Source: the human T2T-CHM13v2.0 reference genome, Homo sapiens
Reading direction: 5' to 3' (one strand)
Length of the DNA stretch: 64,000 nt
Assembly (NCBI RefSeq): GCF_009914755.1
Contig: NC_060943.1
In this document: positions 29,300-42,100 of the stretch, in pieces
How positions within the stretch are numbered: the stretch's first letter is position 1
How the letters are laid out: every line of letters starts with the position of its first letter
Translations under genes and position numbers: made by a program
The notes under the pieces: generated by a model
Told to the model about the DNA's origin: nothing
The model's database searches: none
What the model saw: only the letters and a program-made list of their open reading frames with translations

Positions 29300-32200
29300 T
29301 GAACGATCCTTTACACAGAGCAGACTTGAAACACTCTTTTTGTGGAATTTGCAAGTGGAGATTTCAGCCGCTTTGAGGTCAATGGTAGAATAGGAAATAT
29401 CTTCCTATAGAAACTAGACAGAATGATTCTCAGAAACTCCTTTGTGATGTGTGCGTTCAACTCACAGAGTTTAACCTTTCTTTTCATAGAGCAGTTAGGA
29501 AACACTCTGTTTGTAAAGTCTGCAAGTAGATATTCAGACATCTTTGAGTCCTTCGTTGGAAACGGGATTTCTTCATGTTCTGCTAGAAAGAAGAATTCTC
29601 AGTAACTTCCTTGTGTTGTGTGTATTCAACTCACAGAGTTGAACGATCCTTTACACAGAGCAGACTTGAAACACTCTTTTTGTGGAATTTGCAAGTGGAG
29701 ATTTCAGCCGCTTTGAGTTCAATGGTAGAATAGGAAATATCTTCCTATAGAAACTAGACAGAATGATTCTCAGAAACTCCTTTGTGATGTGTGCGTTCAA
29801 CTCACAGAGTTCAACCTTTCTTTTAATAGAGCAGTTGGGAAACACTCTGTTTGTAAAGTCTGCAAGTGGATATTCAGACTTCTTTGAGGCCTTCGTTGGA
29901 AGCGGGATTTCTTCATATTCTGCTAGACAGAAGAATTCTCAGTAACTTCCTTGTGTTGTGTGTATTCAACTCACAGAGTTGAACGATCCTTTACACAGAG
30001 CAGACTTGAAACACTCTTTTTGTGGAATTTGCAAGTGGAGATTTCAGCCGCTTTGAGGTCAATGGTAGAATAGGAAATATCTTCCTATAGAAACTAGACA
30101 GAATGATTCTCAGAAACTCCTTTGTGATGTGTGCGTTCAACTCACAGAGTTTAACCTTTCTTTTCATAGAGCAGTTAGGAAACACTCTGTTTGTAAAGTC
30201 TGCAAGTGGATATTCAGACATCCTTGAGGCTTTCGTTGGAAACGGGATTTCTTCATATTCTGCTAGAAAGAAGAATTCTCAGTAACTTCCTTGTGTTGTG
30301 TGTATTCAACTCACAGAGTTGAACGATCCTTTACACAGAGCAGACTTGAAACACTCTTTTTGTGGAATTTGCAAGTGGAGATTTCAGCCGCTTTGAGGTC
30401 AATGGTAGAATAGGAAATATCTTCCTATAGAAACTAGACAGAATGATTCTCAGAAACTCCTTTGTGATGTGTGCGTTCAACTCACAGAGTTTAACCTTTC
30501 TTTTCATAGAGCAGTTGGGAAACACTCTGTTTGTAAAGTCTGCAAGTGGATATTCAGACATCCTTGAGGCATTCGTTGGAAACGGGATTTCTTCATATTC
30601 TGCTAGAAAGAAGAATTCTCAGTAACTTCCTTGTGTTGTGTGTATTCAACTCACAGAGTTGAACGATCCTTTACACAGAGCAGACTTGAAACACTCTTTT
30701 TGCGGAATTTGCAAGTGGAGATTTCAGCCGCTTTGAGGTCAATGGTAGAATAGGAAATATCTTCCTATAGAAACTAGACAGAATGATTCTCAGAAACTCC
30801 TTTGTGATGTGTGCGTTCAACTCACAGAGTTCAACCTTTCTTTTCATAGAGCAGTTGGGAAACACTCTGTTTGTAAAGTCTGCAAGTGGATATTCAGACT
30901 TCTTTGAGGCCTTCGTTGGAAGCGGGATTTCTTCATGTTCTGCTAGACAGAAGAATTCTCAGTAACTTCCTTGTGTTGTGTGTATTCAACTCAGAGAGTT
31001 GAACGATCCTTTACACAGAGCAGACTTGAAACACTCTTTTTGTGGAATTTGCAAGTAGAGATTTCAGCCGCTTTGAGGTCAATGGTAGAATAGGAAATAT
31101 CTTCCTATAGAAACTAGACAGAATGATTCTCAGAAACTCCTTTGTGATGTGTGCGTTCAACTCACAGAGTTTAACCTTTCTTTTCATAGAGCAGTTAGGA
31201 AACACTCTGTTTGTAAAGTCTGCAAGTGGATATTCAGACATCCTTGAGGCTTTCGTTGGAAACGGGATTTCTTCATATTCTGCTAGAAAGAAGAATTCTC
31301 AGTAACTTCCTTGTGTTGTGTGTATTCAACTCACAGAGTTGAACGATCCTTTACACAGAGCAGACTTGAAACACTCTTTTTGTGGAATTTGCAAGTGGAG
31401 ATTTCAGCCGCTTTGAGGTCAATGGTAGAATAGGAAATATCTTCCTATAGAAACTAGACAGAATGATTCTCAGAAACTCCTTTGTGATGTGTGCGTTCAA
31501 CTCACAGAGTTTAACCTTTCTTTTCATAGAGCAGTTGGGAAACACTCTGTTTGTAAAGTCTGCAAGTGGATATTCAGACATCCTTGAGGCATTCGTTGGA
31601 AACGGGATTTCTTCATATTCTGCTAGAAAGAAGAATTCTCAGTAACTTCCTTGTGTTGTGTGTATTCAACTCACAGAGTTGAACGATCCTTTACACAGAG
31701 CAGACTTGAAACACTCTTTTTGCGGAATTTGCAAGTGGAGATTTCAGCCGCTTTGAGGTCAATGGTAGAATAGGAAATATCTTCCTATAGAAACTAGACA
31801 GAATGATTCTCAGAAACTCCTTTGTGATGTGTGCGTTCAACTCACAGAGTTCAACCTTTCTTTTCATAGAGCAGTTGGGAAACACTCTGTTTGTAAAGTC
31901 TGCAAGTGGATATTCAGACTTCTTTGAGGCCTTCGTTGGAAGCGGGATTTCTTCATGTTCTGCTAGACAGAAGAATTCTCAGTAACTTCCTTGTGTTGTG
32001 TGTATTCAACTCAGAGAGTTGAACGATCCTTTACACAGAGCAGACTTGAAACACTCTTTTTGTGGAATTTGCAAGTAGAGATTTCAGCCGCTTTGAGGTC
32101 AATGGTAGAATAGGAAATATCTTCCTATAGAAACTAGACAGAATGATTCTCAGAAACTCCTTTGTGATGTGTGCGTTCAACTCACAGAGTTTAACCTTTC

Positions 32201-35200
32201 TTTTCATAGAGCAGTTAGGAAACACTCTGTTTGTAAAGTCTGCAAGTGGATATTCAGACATCCTTGAGGCTTTCGTTGGAAACGGGATTTCTTCATATTC
32301 TGCTAGAAAGAAGAATTCTCAGTAACTTCCTTGTGTTGTGTGTATTCAACTCACAGAGTTGAACGATCCTTTACACAGAGCAGACTTGAAACACTCTTTT
32401 TGTGGAATTTGCAAGTGGAGATTTCAGCCGCTTTGAGGTCAATGGTAGAATAGGAAATATCTTCCTATAGAAACTAGACAGAATGATTCTCAGAAACTCC
32501 TTTGTGATGTGTGCGTTCAACTCACAGAGTTTAACCTTTCTTTTCATAGCGCAGTTGGGAAACACTCTGTTTGTAAAGTCTGCAAGTGGATATTCAGACC
32601 TCCTTGAGGCTTTCGTTGGAAACGGGATTTCTTCATATTCTGCTAGAAAGAAGAATTCTCAGTAACTTCCTTGTGTTGTGTGTATTCAACTCACAGAATT
32701 GAACGATCCTTTACACAGAGCAGACTTGAAACACTCTTTTTGTGGAATTTGCAAGTGGAGATTTCAGCCGCTTTGAGGTCAATGGTAGAATAGGAAATAT
32801 CTTCCTATAGAAACTAGACAGAATGATTCTCAGAAACTCCTTTGTGATGTGTGCGTTCAACTCACAGAGTTTAACCTTTCTTTTCATAGAGCAGTTGGGA
32901 AACACTCTGTTTGTAAAGTCTGCAAGTGGATATTCAGACATCGTTGAGGCTTTCGTTGGAAACGGGATTTCTTCATATTCTGCTAGAAGGAAGAATTCTC
33001 AGTAACTTCCTTGTGTTGTGTGTATTCAACTCACAGAGTTGAACGATCCTTTACACAGAGCAGACTTGAAACACTCTTTTTGCGGAATTTGCAAGTGGAG
33101 ATTTCAGCCGCTTTGAGGTCAATGGTAGAATAGGAAATATCTTCCTATAGAAACTAGACAGAATGATTCTCAGAAACTCCTTTGTGATGTGTGCGTTCAA
33201 CTCACACAGTTTAACCTTTCTTTTCATAGAGCAGTTGGGAAACACTCTGTTTGTAAAGTCTGCAAGTGGATATTCAGACCTCCTTGAGGCCTTCGTTGGA
33301 AACGGGATTTCTTCATATTATGCTAGACAGAAGAATTCTCAGTAACTTCCTTGTGTTGTGTGTATTCAACTCACAGAGTTGAACGATCCTTTACACAGAG
33401 CAGACTTGAAACACTCTTTTTGTGGAATTTGCAAGTGGAGATTTCAGCCGCTTTGAAGTCAATGGTAGAATAGGAAATATCTTCCTATAGAAACTAGACA
33501 GAATGATTCTCAGAAACTCCTTTGTGATGTGTGCGTTCAACTCACACAGTTTAACCTTTCTTTTCATAGAGCAGTTAGGAAACACTCTGTTTGTAAAGTC
33601 TGCAAGTGGATATTCAGACCTCCTTGAGGCCTTCGTTGGAAACGGGATTTCTTCATATTCTGCTAGAAAGAAGAATTCTCAGTAACTTCCTTGTGTTGTG
33701 TGTATTCAACTCACAGAGTTGAATGATCCTTTACACAGAGCAGACTTGAAACACTCTTTTTGTGGAATTTGCAAGTGGAGATTTCAGCCGCTTTGAGGTC
33801 AATGGTAGAATAGGAAATATCTTCCTATAGAAACTAGACAGAATGATTCTCAGAAACTCCTTTGTGATGTGTGCGTTCAACTCACAGAGTTTAACCTTTC
33901 TTTTCATAGAGCAGTTAGGAAACACTCTGTTTGTAAAGTCTGCAAGTGGATATTCAGACATCCTTGAGGCTTTCGTTGGAAACGGGATTTCTTCATATTC
34001 TGCTAGAAAGAAGAATTCTCAGTAACTTCCTTGTGTTGTGTGTATTCAACTCACAGAGTTGAACGATCCTTTACACAGAGCAGACTTGAAACACTCTTTT
34101 TGTGGAATTTGCAAGTGGAGATTTCAGCCGCTTTGAGGTCAATGGTAGAATAGGAAATATCTTCCTATAGAAACTAGACAGAATGATTCTCAGAAACTCC
34201 TTTGTGATGTGTGCGTTCAACTCACAGAGTTCAACCTTTCTTTTCATAGAGCAGTTGGGAAACACTCTGTTTGTAAAGTCTGCAAGTGGATATTCAGACT
34301 TCTTTGAGGCCTTCGTTGGAAGCGGGATTTCTTCATATTCTGCTAGACAGAAGAATTCTCAGTAACTGCCTTGTGTTGTGTGTATTCAACTCACAGAGTT
34401 GAACGATCCTTTACACAGAGCAGACTTGAAACACTCTTTTTGTGGAATTTGCAAGTGGAGATTTCAGCCGCTTTGAGGTCAATGGTAGAATAGGAAATAT
34501 CTTCCTATAGAAACTAGACAGAATGATTCTCAGAAACTCCTTTGTGATGTGTGCGTTCAACTCACAGAGTTTACCCTTTCTTTTCATAGAGCAGTTGGGA
34601 AACACTCTGTTTGTAAAGTCTGCAAGTGGATATTCAGACCTCCTTGAGGCTTTCGTTGGAAACGGGATTTCTTCATATTATGCTAGACAGAAGAATTCTC
34701 AGTAACTTCCTTGTGTTGTGTGTATTCAACTCACAGAGTTGAACGATCCTTTACACAGAGCAGACTTGAAACACTCTTTTTGTGGAATTTGCAAGTGGAG
34801 ATTTCAGCCGCTTTGAGGTCAATGGTAGAATAGGAAATATCTTCCTATAGAAACTAGACAGAATGATTCTCAGAAACTCCTTTGTGATGTGTGCGTTCAA
34901 CTCACAGAGTTTAACCTTTCTTTTCATAGAGCAGTTAGGAAACACTCTGTTTGTAAAGTCTGCAAGTAGATATTCAGACATCTTTGAGTCCTTCGTTGGA
35001 AACGGGATTACTTCATGTTCTGCTAGAAAGAAGAATTCTCAGTAACTTCCTTGTGTTGTGTGTATTCAACTCACAGAGTTGAACGATCCTTTACACAGAG
35101 CAGACTTGAAACACTCTTTTTGTGGAATTTGCAAGTGGAGATTTCAGCCGCTTTGAGTTCAATGGTAGAATAGGAAATATCTTCCTATAGAAACTAGACA

Positions 35201-38200
35201 GAATGATTCTCAGAAACTCCTTTGTGATGTGTGCGTTCAACTCACAGAGTTCAACCTTTCTTTTCATAGAGCAGTTGGGAAACACTCTGTTTGTAAAGTC
35301 TGCAAGTGGATATTCAGACTTCTTTGAGGCCTTCGTTGGAAGCGGGATTTCTTCATATTCTGCTAGACAGAAGAATTCTCAGTAACTTCCTTGTGTTGTG
35401 TGTATTCAACTCACAGAGTTGAACGATCCTTTACACAGAGCAGACTTGAAACACTCTTTTTGTGGAATTTGCAAGTGGAGATTTCAGCCGCTTTGAGGTC
35501 AATGGTAGAATAGGAAATATCTTCCTATAGAAACTAGACAGAATGATTCTCAGAAACTCCTTTGTGATGTGTGCGTTCAACTCACAGAGTTTAACCTTTC
35601 TTTTCATAGAGCAGTTAGGAAACACTCTGTTTGTAAAGTCTGCAAGTGGATATTCAGACATCCTTGAGGCTTTCGTTGGAAACGGGATTTCTTCATATTC
35701 TGCTAGAAAGAAGAATTCTCAGTAACTTCCTTGTGTTGTGTGTATTCAACTCACAGAGTTGAACGATCCTTTACACAGAGCAGACTTGAAACACTCTTTT
35801 TGTGGAATTTGCAAGTGGAGATTTCAGCCGCTTTGAGGTCAATGGTAGAATAGGAAATATCTTCCTATAGAAACTAGACAGAATGATTCTCAGAAACTCC
35901 TTTGTGATGTGTGCGTTCAACTCACAGAGTTTAACCTTTCTTTTCATAGAGCAGTTGGGAAACACTCTGTTTGTAAAGTCTGCAAGTGGATATTCAGACA
36001 TCCTTGAGGCATTCGTTGGAAACGGGATTTCTTCATATTCTGCTAGAAAGAAGAATTCTCAGTAACTTCCTTGTGTTGTGTGTATTCAACTCACAGAGTT
36101 GAACGATCCTTTACACAGAGCAGACTTGAAACACTCTTTTTGCGGAACTTGCAAGTGGAGATTTCAGCCGCTTTGAGGTCAATGGTAGAATAGGAAATAT
36201 CTTCCTATAGAAACTAGACAGAATGATTCTCAGAAACTCCTTTGTGATGTGTGCGTTCAACTCACAGAGTTCAACCTTTCTTTTCATAGAGCAGTTGGGA
36301 AACACTCTGTTTGTAAAGTCTGCAAGTGGATATTCAGACTTCTTTGAGGCCTTCGTTGGAAGCGGGATTTCTTCATGTTCTGCTAGACAGAAGAATTCTC
36401 AGTAACTTCCTTGTGTTGTGTGTATTCAACTCAGAGAGTTGAACGATCCTTTACACAGAGCAGACTTGAAACACTCTTTTTGTGGAATTTGCAAGTGGAG
36501 ATTTCAGCCGCTTTGAGGTCAATGGTAGAATAGGAAATATCTTCCTATAGAAACTAGACAGAATGATTCTCAGAAACTCCTTTGTGATGTGTGCGTTCAA
36601 CTCACAGAGTTTAACCTTTCTTTTCATAGAGCAGTTAGGAAACACTCTGTTTGTAAAGTCTGCAAGTGGATATTCAGACATCCTTGAGGCTTTCGTTGGA
36701 AACGGGATTTCTTCATATTCTGCTAGAAAGAAGAATTCTCAGTAACTTCCTTGTGTTGTGTGTATTCAACTCACAGAGTTGAACGATCCTTTACACAGAG
36801 CAGACTTGAAACACTCTTTTTGTGGAATTTGCAAGTGGAGATTTCAGCCGCTTTGAGGTCAATGGTAGAATAGGAAATATCTTCCTATAGAAACTAGACA
36901 GAATGATTCTCAGAAACTCCTTTGTGATGTGTGCGTTCAACTCACAGAGTTTAACCTTTCTTTTCATAGCGCAGTTGGGAAACACTCTGTTTGTAAAGTC
37001 TGCAAGTGGATATTCAGACCTCCTTGAGGCTTTCGTTGGAAACGGGATTTCTTCATATTCTGCTAGAAAGAAGAATTCTCAGTAACTTCCTTGTGTTGTG
37101 TGTATTCAACTCACAGAATTGAACGATCCTTTACACAGAGCAGACTTGAAACACTCTTTTTGTGGAATTTGCAAGTGGAGATTTCAGCCGCTTTGAGGTC
37201 AATGGTAGAATAGGAAATATCTTCCTATAGAAACTAGACAGAATGATTCTCAGAAACTCCTTTGTGATGTGTGCGTTCAACTCACAGAGTTTAACCTTTC
37301 TTTTCATAGAGCAGTTGGGAAACACTCTGTTTGTAAAGTCTGCAAGTGGATATTCAGACATCCTTGAGGCTTTCGTTGGAAACGGGATTTCTTCATATTC
37401 TGCTAGAAGGAAGAATTCTCAGTAACTTCCTTGTGTTGTGTGTATTCAACTCACAGAGTTGAACGATCCTTTACACAGAGCAGACTTGAAACACTCTTTT
37501 TGCGGAATTTGCAAGTGGAGATTTCAGCCGCTTTGAGGTCAATGGTAGAATAGGAAATATCTTCCTATAGAAACTAGACAGAATGATTCTGAGAAACTCC
37601 TTTGTGATGTGTGCGTTCAACTCACACAGTTTAACCTTTCTTTTCATAGAGCAGTTGGGAAACACTCTGTTTGTAAAGTCTGCAAGTGGATATTCAGACC
37701 TCCTTGAGGCCTTCGTTGGAAACGGGATTTCTTCATATTATGCTAGACAGAAGAATTCTCAGTAACTTCCTTGTGTTGTGTGTATTCAACTCACAGAGTT
37801 GAACGATCCTTTACACAGAGCAGACTTGAAACACTCTTTTTGTGTAATTTGCAAGTGGAGATTTCAGCCGCTTTGAGGTCAATGGTAGAATAGGAAATAT
37901 CTTCCTATAGAAACTAGACAGAATGATTCTCAGAAACTCCTTTGTGATGTGTGCGTTCAACTCACACAGTTTAACCTTTCTTTTCATAGAGCAGTTGGGA
38001 AACACTCTGTTTGTAAAGTCTGCAAGTGGATATTCAGACCTCCTTGAGGCCTTCGTTGGAAACGGGATTTCTTCATGTTCTGCTAGAAAGAAGAATTCTC
38101 AGTAACTTCCTTGTGTTGTGTGTATTCAACTCACAGAGTTGAACGATCCTTTACACAGAGCAGACTTGAAACACTCTTTTTGTGGAATTTGCAAGTGGAG

Positions 38201-39100
38201 ATTTCAGCCGCTTTGAGGTCAATGGTAGAATAGGAAATATCTTCCTATAGAAACTAGACAGAATGATTCTCAGAAACTCCTTTGTGATGTGTGCGTTCAA
38301 CTCACAGAGTTTAACCTTTCTTTTCATAGAGCAGTTAGGAAACACTCTGTTTGTAAAGTCTGCAAGTGGATATTCAGACATCCTTGAGGCTTTCGTTGGA
38401 AACGGGATTTCTTCATATTCTGCTAGAAAGAAGAATTCTCAGTAACTTCCTTGTGTTGTGTGTATTCAACTCACAGAGTTGAACGATCCTTTACACAGAG
38501 CAGACTTGAAACACTCTTTTTGTGGAATTTGCAAGTGGAGATTTCAGCCGCTTTGAGGTCAATGGTAGAATAGGAAATATCTTCCTATAGAAACTAGACA
38601 GAATGATTCTCAGAAACTCCTTTGTGATGTGTGCGTTCAACTCACAGAGTTCAACCTTTCTTTTCATAGAGCAGTTGGGAAACACTCTGTTTGTAAAGTC
38701 TGCAAGTGGATATTCAGACTTCTTTGAGGCCTTCGTTGGAAGCGGGATTTCTTCATATTCTGCTAGACAGAAGAATTCTCAGTAACTGCCTTGTGTTGTG
38801 TGTATTCAACTCACAGAGTTGAACGATCCTTTACACAGAGCAGACTTGAAACACTCTTTTTGTGGAATTTGCAAGTGGAGATTTCAGCCGCTTTGAGGTC
38901 AATGGTAGAATAGGAAATATCTTCCTATAGAAACTAGACAGAATGATTCTCAGAAACTCCTTTGTGATGTGTGCGTTCAACTCACAGAGTTTACCCTTTC
39001 TTTTCATAGAGCAGTTGGGAAACACTCTGTTTGTAAAGTCTGCAAGTGGATATTCAGACCTCCTTGAGGCTTTCGTTGGAAACGGGATTTCTTCATATTC
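29300..39100 (+). repeat. Older tandem block duplication (offset 5440 bp before, and 4420 bp after, the internal 1020-bp duplication)
   Basis: TCTTTGAGTC at 29541/34981 (+5440); TCACAGAATT at 32691/37111 (+4420). Dimer-type order is shared, with several private differences. Confidence 0.8.
30038..32549 (+). repeat. Near-perfect tandem duplication with a 1020-bp (3-dimer) unit
   Basis: ATTCGTTGGA 30571/31591, TGCGG 30701/31721, TCAGAGAGTT 30991/32011, GCAAGTAGAG 31051/32071. Mismatches at 30037/31057 and 31530/32550 bound the match. Confidence 0.88.
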
Positions 39101-42100
39101 TGCTAGAAAGAAGAATTCTCAGTAACTTCCTTGTGTTGTGTGTATTCAACTCACAGAGTTGAACGATCCTTTACACAGAGCAGACTTGAAACACTCTTTT
39201 TGTGGAATTTGCAAGTGGAGATTTCAGCCGCTTTGAGGTCAATGGTAGAATAGGAAATATCTTCCTATAGAAACTAGACAGAATGATTCTGAGAAACTCC
39301 TTTGTGATGTGTGCGTTCAACTCACACAGTTTAACCTTTCTTTTCATAGAGCAGTTAGGAAACACTCTGTTTGTAAAGTCTGCAAGTGGATATTCAGACC
39401 TCCTTGAGGCCTTCGTTGGAAACGGGATTTCTTCATATTATGCTAGACAGAAGAATTCTCAGTAACTTCCTTGTGTTGTGTGTATTCAACTCACAGAGTT
39501 GAACGATCCTTTACACAGAGCAGACTTGAAACACTCTTTTTGTGGAATTTGCAAGTGGAGATTTCAGCCGCTTTGAGGTCAATGGTAGAATAGGAAATAT
39601 CTTCCTATAGAAACTAGACAGAATGATTCTCAGAAACTCCTTTGTGATGTGTGCGTTCAACTCACAGAGTTCAACCTTTCTTTTCATAGAGCAGTTGGGA
39701 AACACTCTGTTTGTAAAGTCTGCAAGTGGATATTCAGACTTCTTTGAGGCCTTCGTTGGAAGCGGGATTTCTTCATGTTCTGCTAGACAGAAGAATTCTC
39801 AGAAACTTCCTTGTGTTGTGTGTTTTCAACTCACAGAGTTGAACGATCCTTTACACAGAGCAGACTTGAAACACTCTTTTTGTGGAATTTGCAAGTGGAG
39901 ATTTCAGCCGCTTTGAGGTCAATGGTAGAATAGGAAATATCTTCCTATAGAAACTAGACAGAATGATTCTCAGAAACTCCTTTGTGATGTGTGCGTTCAA
40001 CTCACAGAGTTTAACCTTTCTTTTAATAGAGCAGTTAGGAAACACTCTGTTTGTAAAGTCTGCAAGTAGATATTCAGACATCTTTGAGGCCTTCGTTGGA
40101 AACGGGATTTCTTCATGTTCTGCTAGAAAGAAGAATTCTCAGTAACTTCCTTGTGTTGTGTGTATTCAACTCACAGAGTTGAACGATCCTTTACACAGAG
40201 CAGACTTGAAACACTCTTTTTGTGGAACTTGCAAGTGGAGATTTCAGCCGCTTTGAGGTCAATGGTAGAATAGGAAATATCTTCCTATAGAAACTAGACA
40301 GAATGATTCTCAGAAACTCCTTTGTGATGTGTGCGTTCAACTCACAGAGTTTAACCTTTCTTTTCATAGAGCAGTTAGGAAACACTCTGTTTGTAAAGTC
40401 TGCAAGTGGATATTCAGACCTCCTTGAGGCCTTCGTTGGAAACGGGATTTCTTCATATTATGCTAGACAGAAGAATTCTCAGTAACTTCCTTGTGTTGTG
40501 TGTATTCAACTCACAGAGTTGAACGATCCTTTACACAGAGCAGACTTGAAACACTCTTTTTGTGGAATTTGCAAGTGGAGATTTCAGCCGCTTTGAGTTC
40601 AATGGTAGAATAGGAAATATCTTCCTATAGAAACTAGACAGAATGATTCTCAGAAACTCCTTTGTGATGTGTGCGTTCAACTCACAGAGTTCAACCTTTC
40701 TTTTAATAGAGCAGTTGGGAAACACTCTGTTTGTAAAGTCTGCAAGTGGATATTCAGACTTCTTTGAGGCCTTCGTTGGAAGCGGGATTTCTTCATATTC
40801 TGCTAGACAGAAGAATTCTCAGTAACTTCCTTGTGTTGTGTGTATTCAACTCACAGAGTTGAACGATCCTTTACACAGAGCAGACATGAAACACTCTTTT
40901 TGTGGAATTTGCAAGTGGAGATTTCAGCCGCTTTGAGGTCAATGGTAGAATAGGAAATATCTTCCTATAGAAACTAGACAGAATGATTCTCAGAAACTCC
41001 TTTGTGATGTGTGCGTTCAACTCACAGAGTTTAACCTTTCTTTTCATAGAGCAGTTGGGAAACACTCTGTTTGTAAAGTCTGCAAGTGGATATTCAGACA
41101 TCCTTGAGGCTTTCGTTGGAAACGGGATTTCTTCATATTCTGCTAGAAAGAAGAATTCTCAGTAACTTCCTTGTGTTGTGTGTATTCAACTCACAGAGTT
41201 GAACGATCCTTTACACAGAGCAGACTTGAAACACTCTTTTTGCGGAATTTGCAAGTGGAGATTTCAGCCGCTTTGAGGTCAATGGTAGAATAGGAAATAT
41301 CTTCCTATAGAAACTAGACAGAATGATTCTCAGAAACTCCTTTGTGATGTGTGCGTTCAACTCACAGAGTTTAACCTTTCTTTTCATAGCGCAGTTGGGA
41401 AACACTCTGTTTGTAAAGTCTGCAAGTGGATATTCAGACATCCTTGAGGCTTTCGTTGGAAACGGGATTTCTTCATATTCTGCTAGAAAGAAGAATTCTC
41501 AGTAACTTCCTTGTGTTGTGTGTATTCAACTCACAGAGTTGAACGATCCTTTACACAGAGCAGACTTGAAACACTCTTTTTGTGGAATTTGCAAGTGGAG
41601 ATTTCAGCCGCTTTGAGTTCAATGGTAGAATAGGAAATATCTTCCTATAGAAACTAGACAGAATGATTCTCAGAAACTCCTTTGTGATGTGTGCGTTCAA
41701 CTCACAGAGTTTAACCTTTCTTTTCATAGAGCAGTTGGGAAACACTCTGTTTGTAAAGTCTGCAAGTGGATATTCAGACATCCTTGAGGCTTTCGTTGGA
41801 AACGGGATTTCTTCATATTCTGCTAGAAGGAAGAATTCTCAGTAACTTCCTTGTGTTGTGTGTATTCAACTCACAGAGTTGAACGATCCTTTACACAGAG
41901 CAGACTTGAAACACTCTTTTTGTGGAATTTGCAAGTGGAGATTTCAGCCGCTTTGAGTTCAATGGTAGAATAGGAAATATCTTCCTATAGAAACTAGACA
42001 GAATGATTCTCAGAAACTCCTTTGTGATGTGTGCGTTCAACTCACAGAGTTCAACCTTTCTTTTAATAGAGCAGTTGGGAAACACTCTGTTTGTAAAGTC

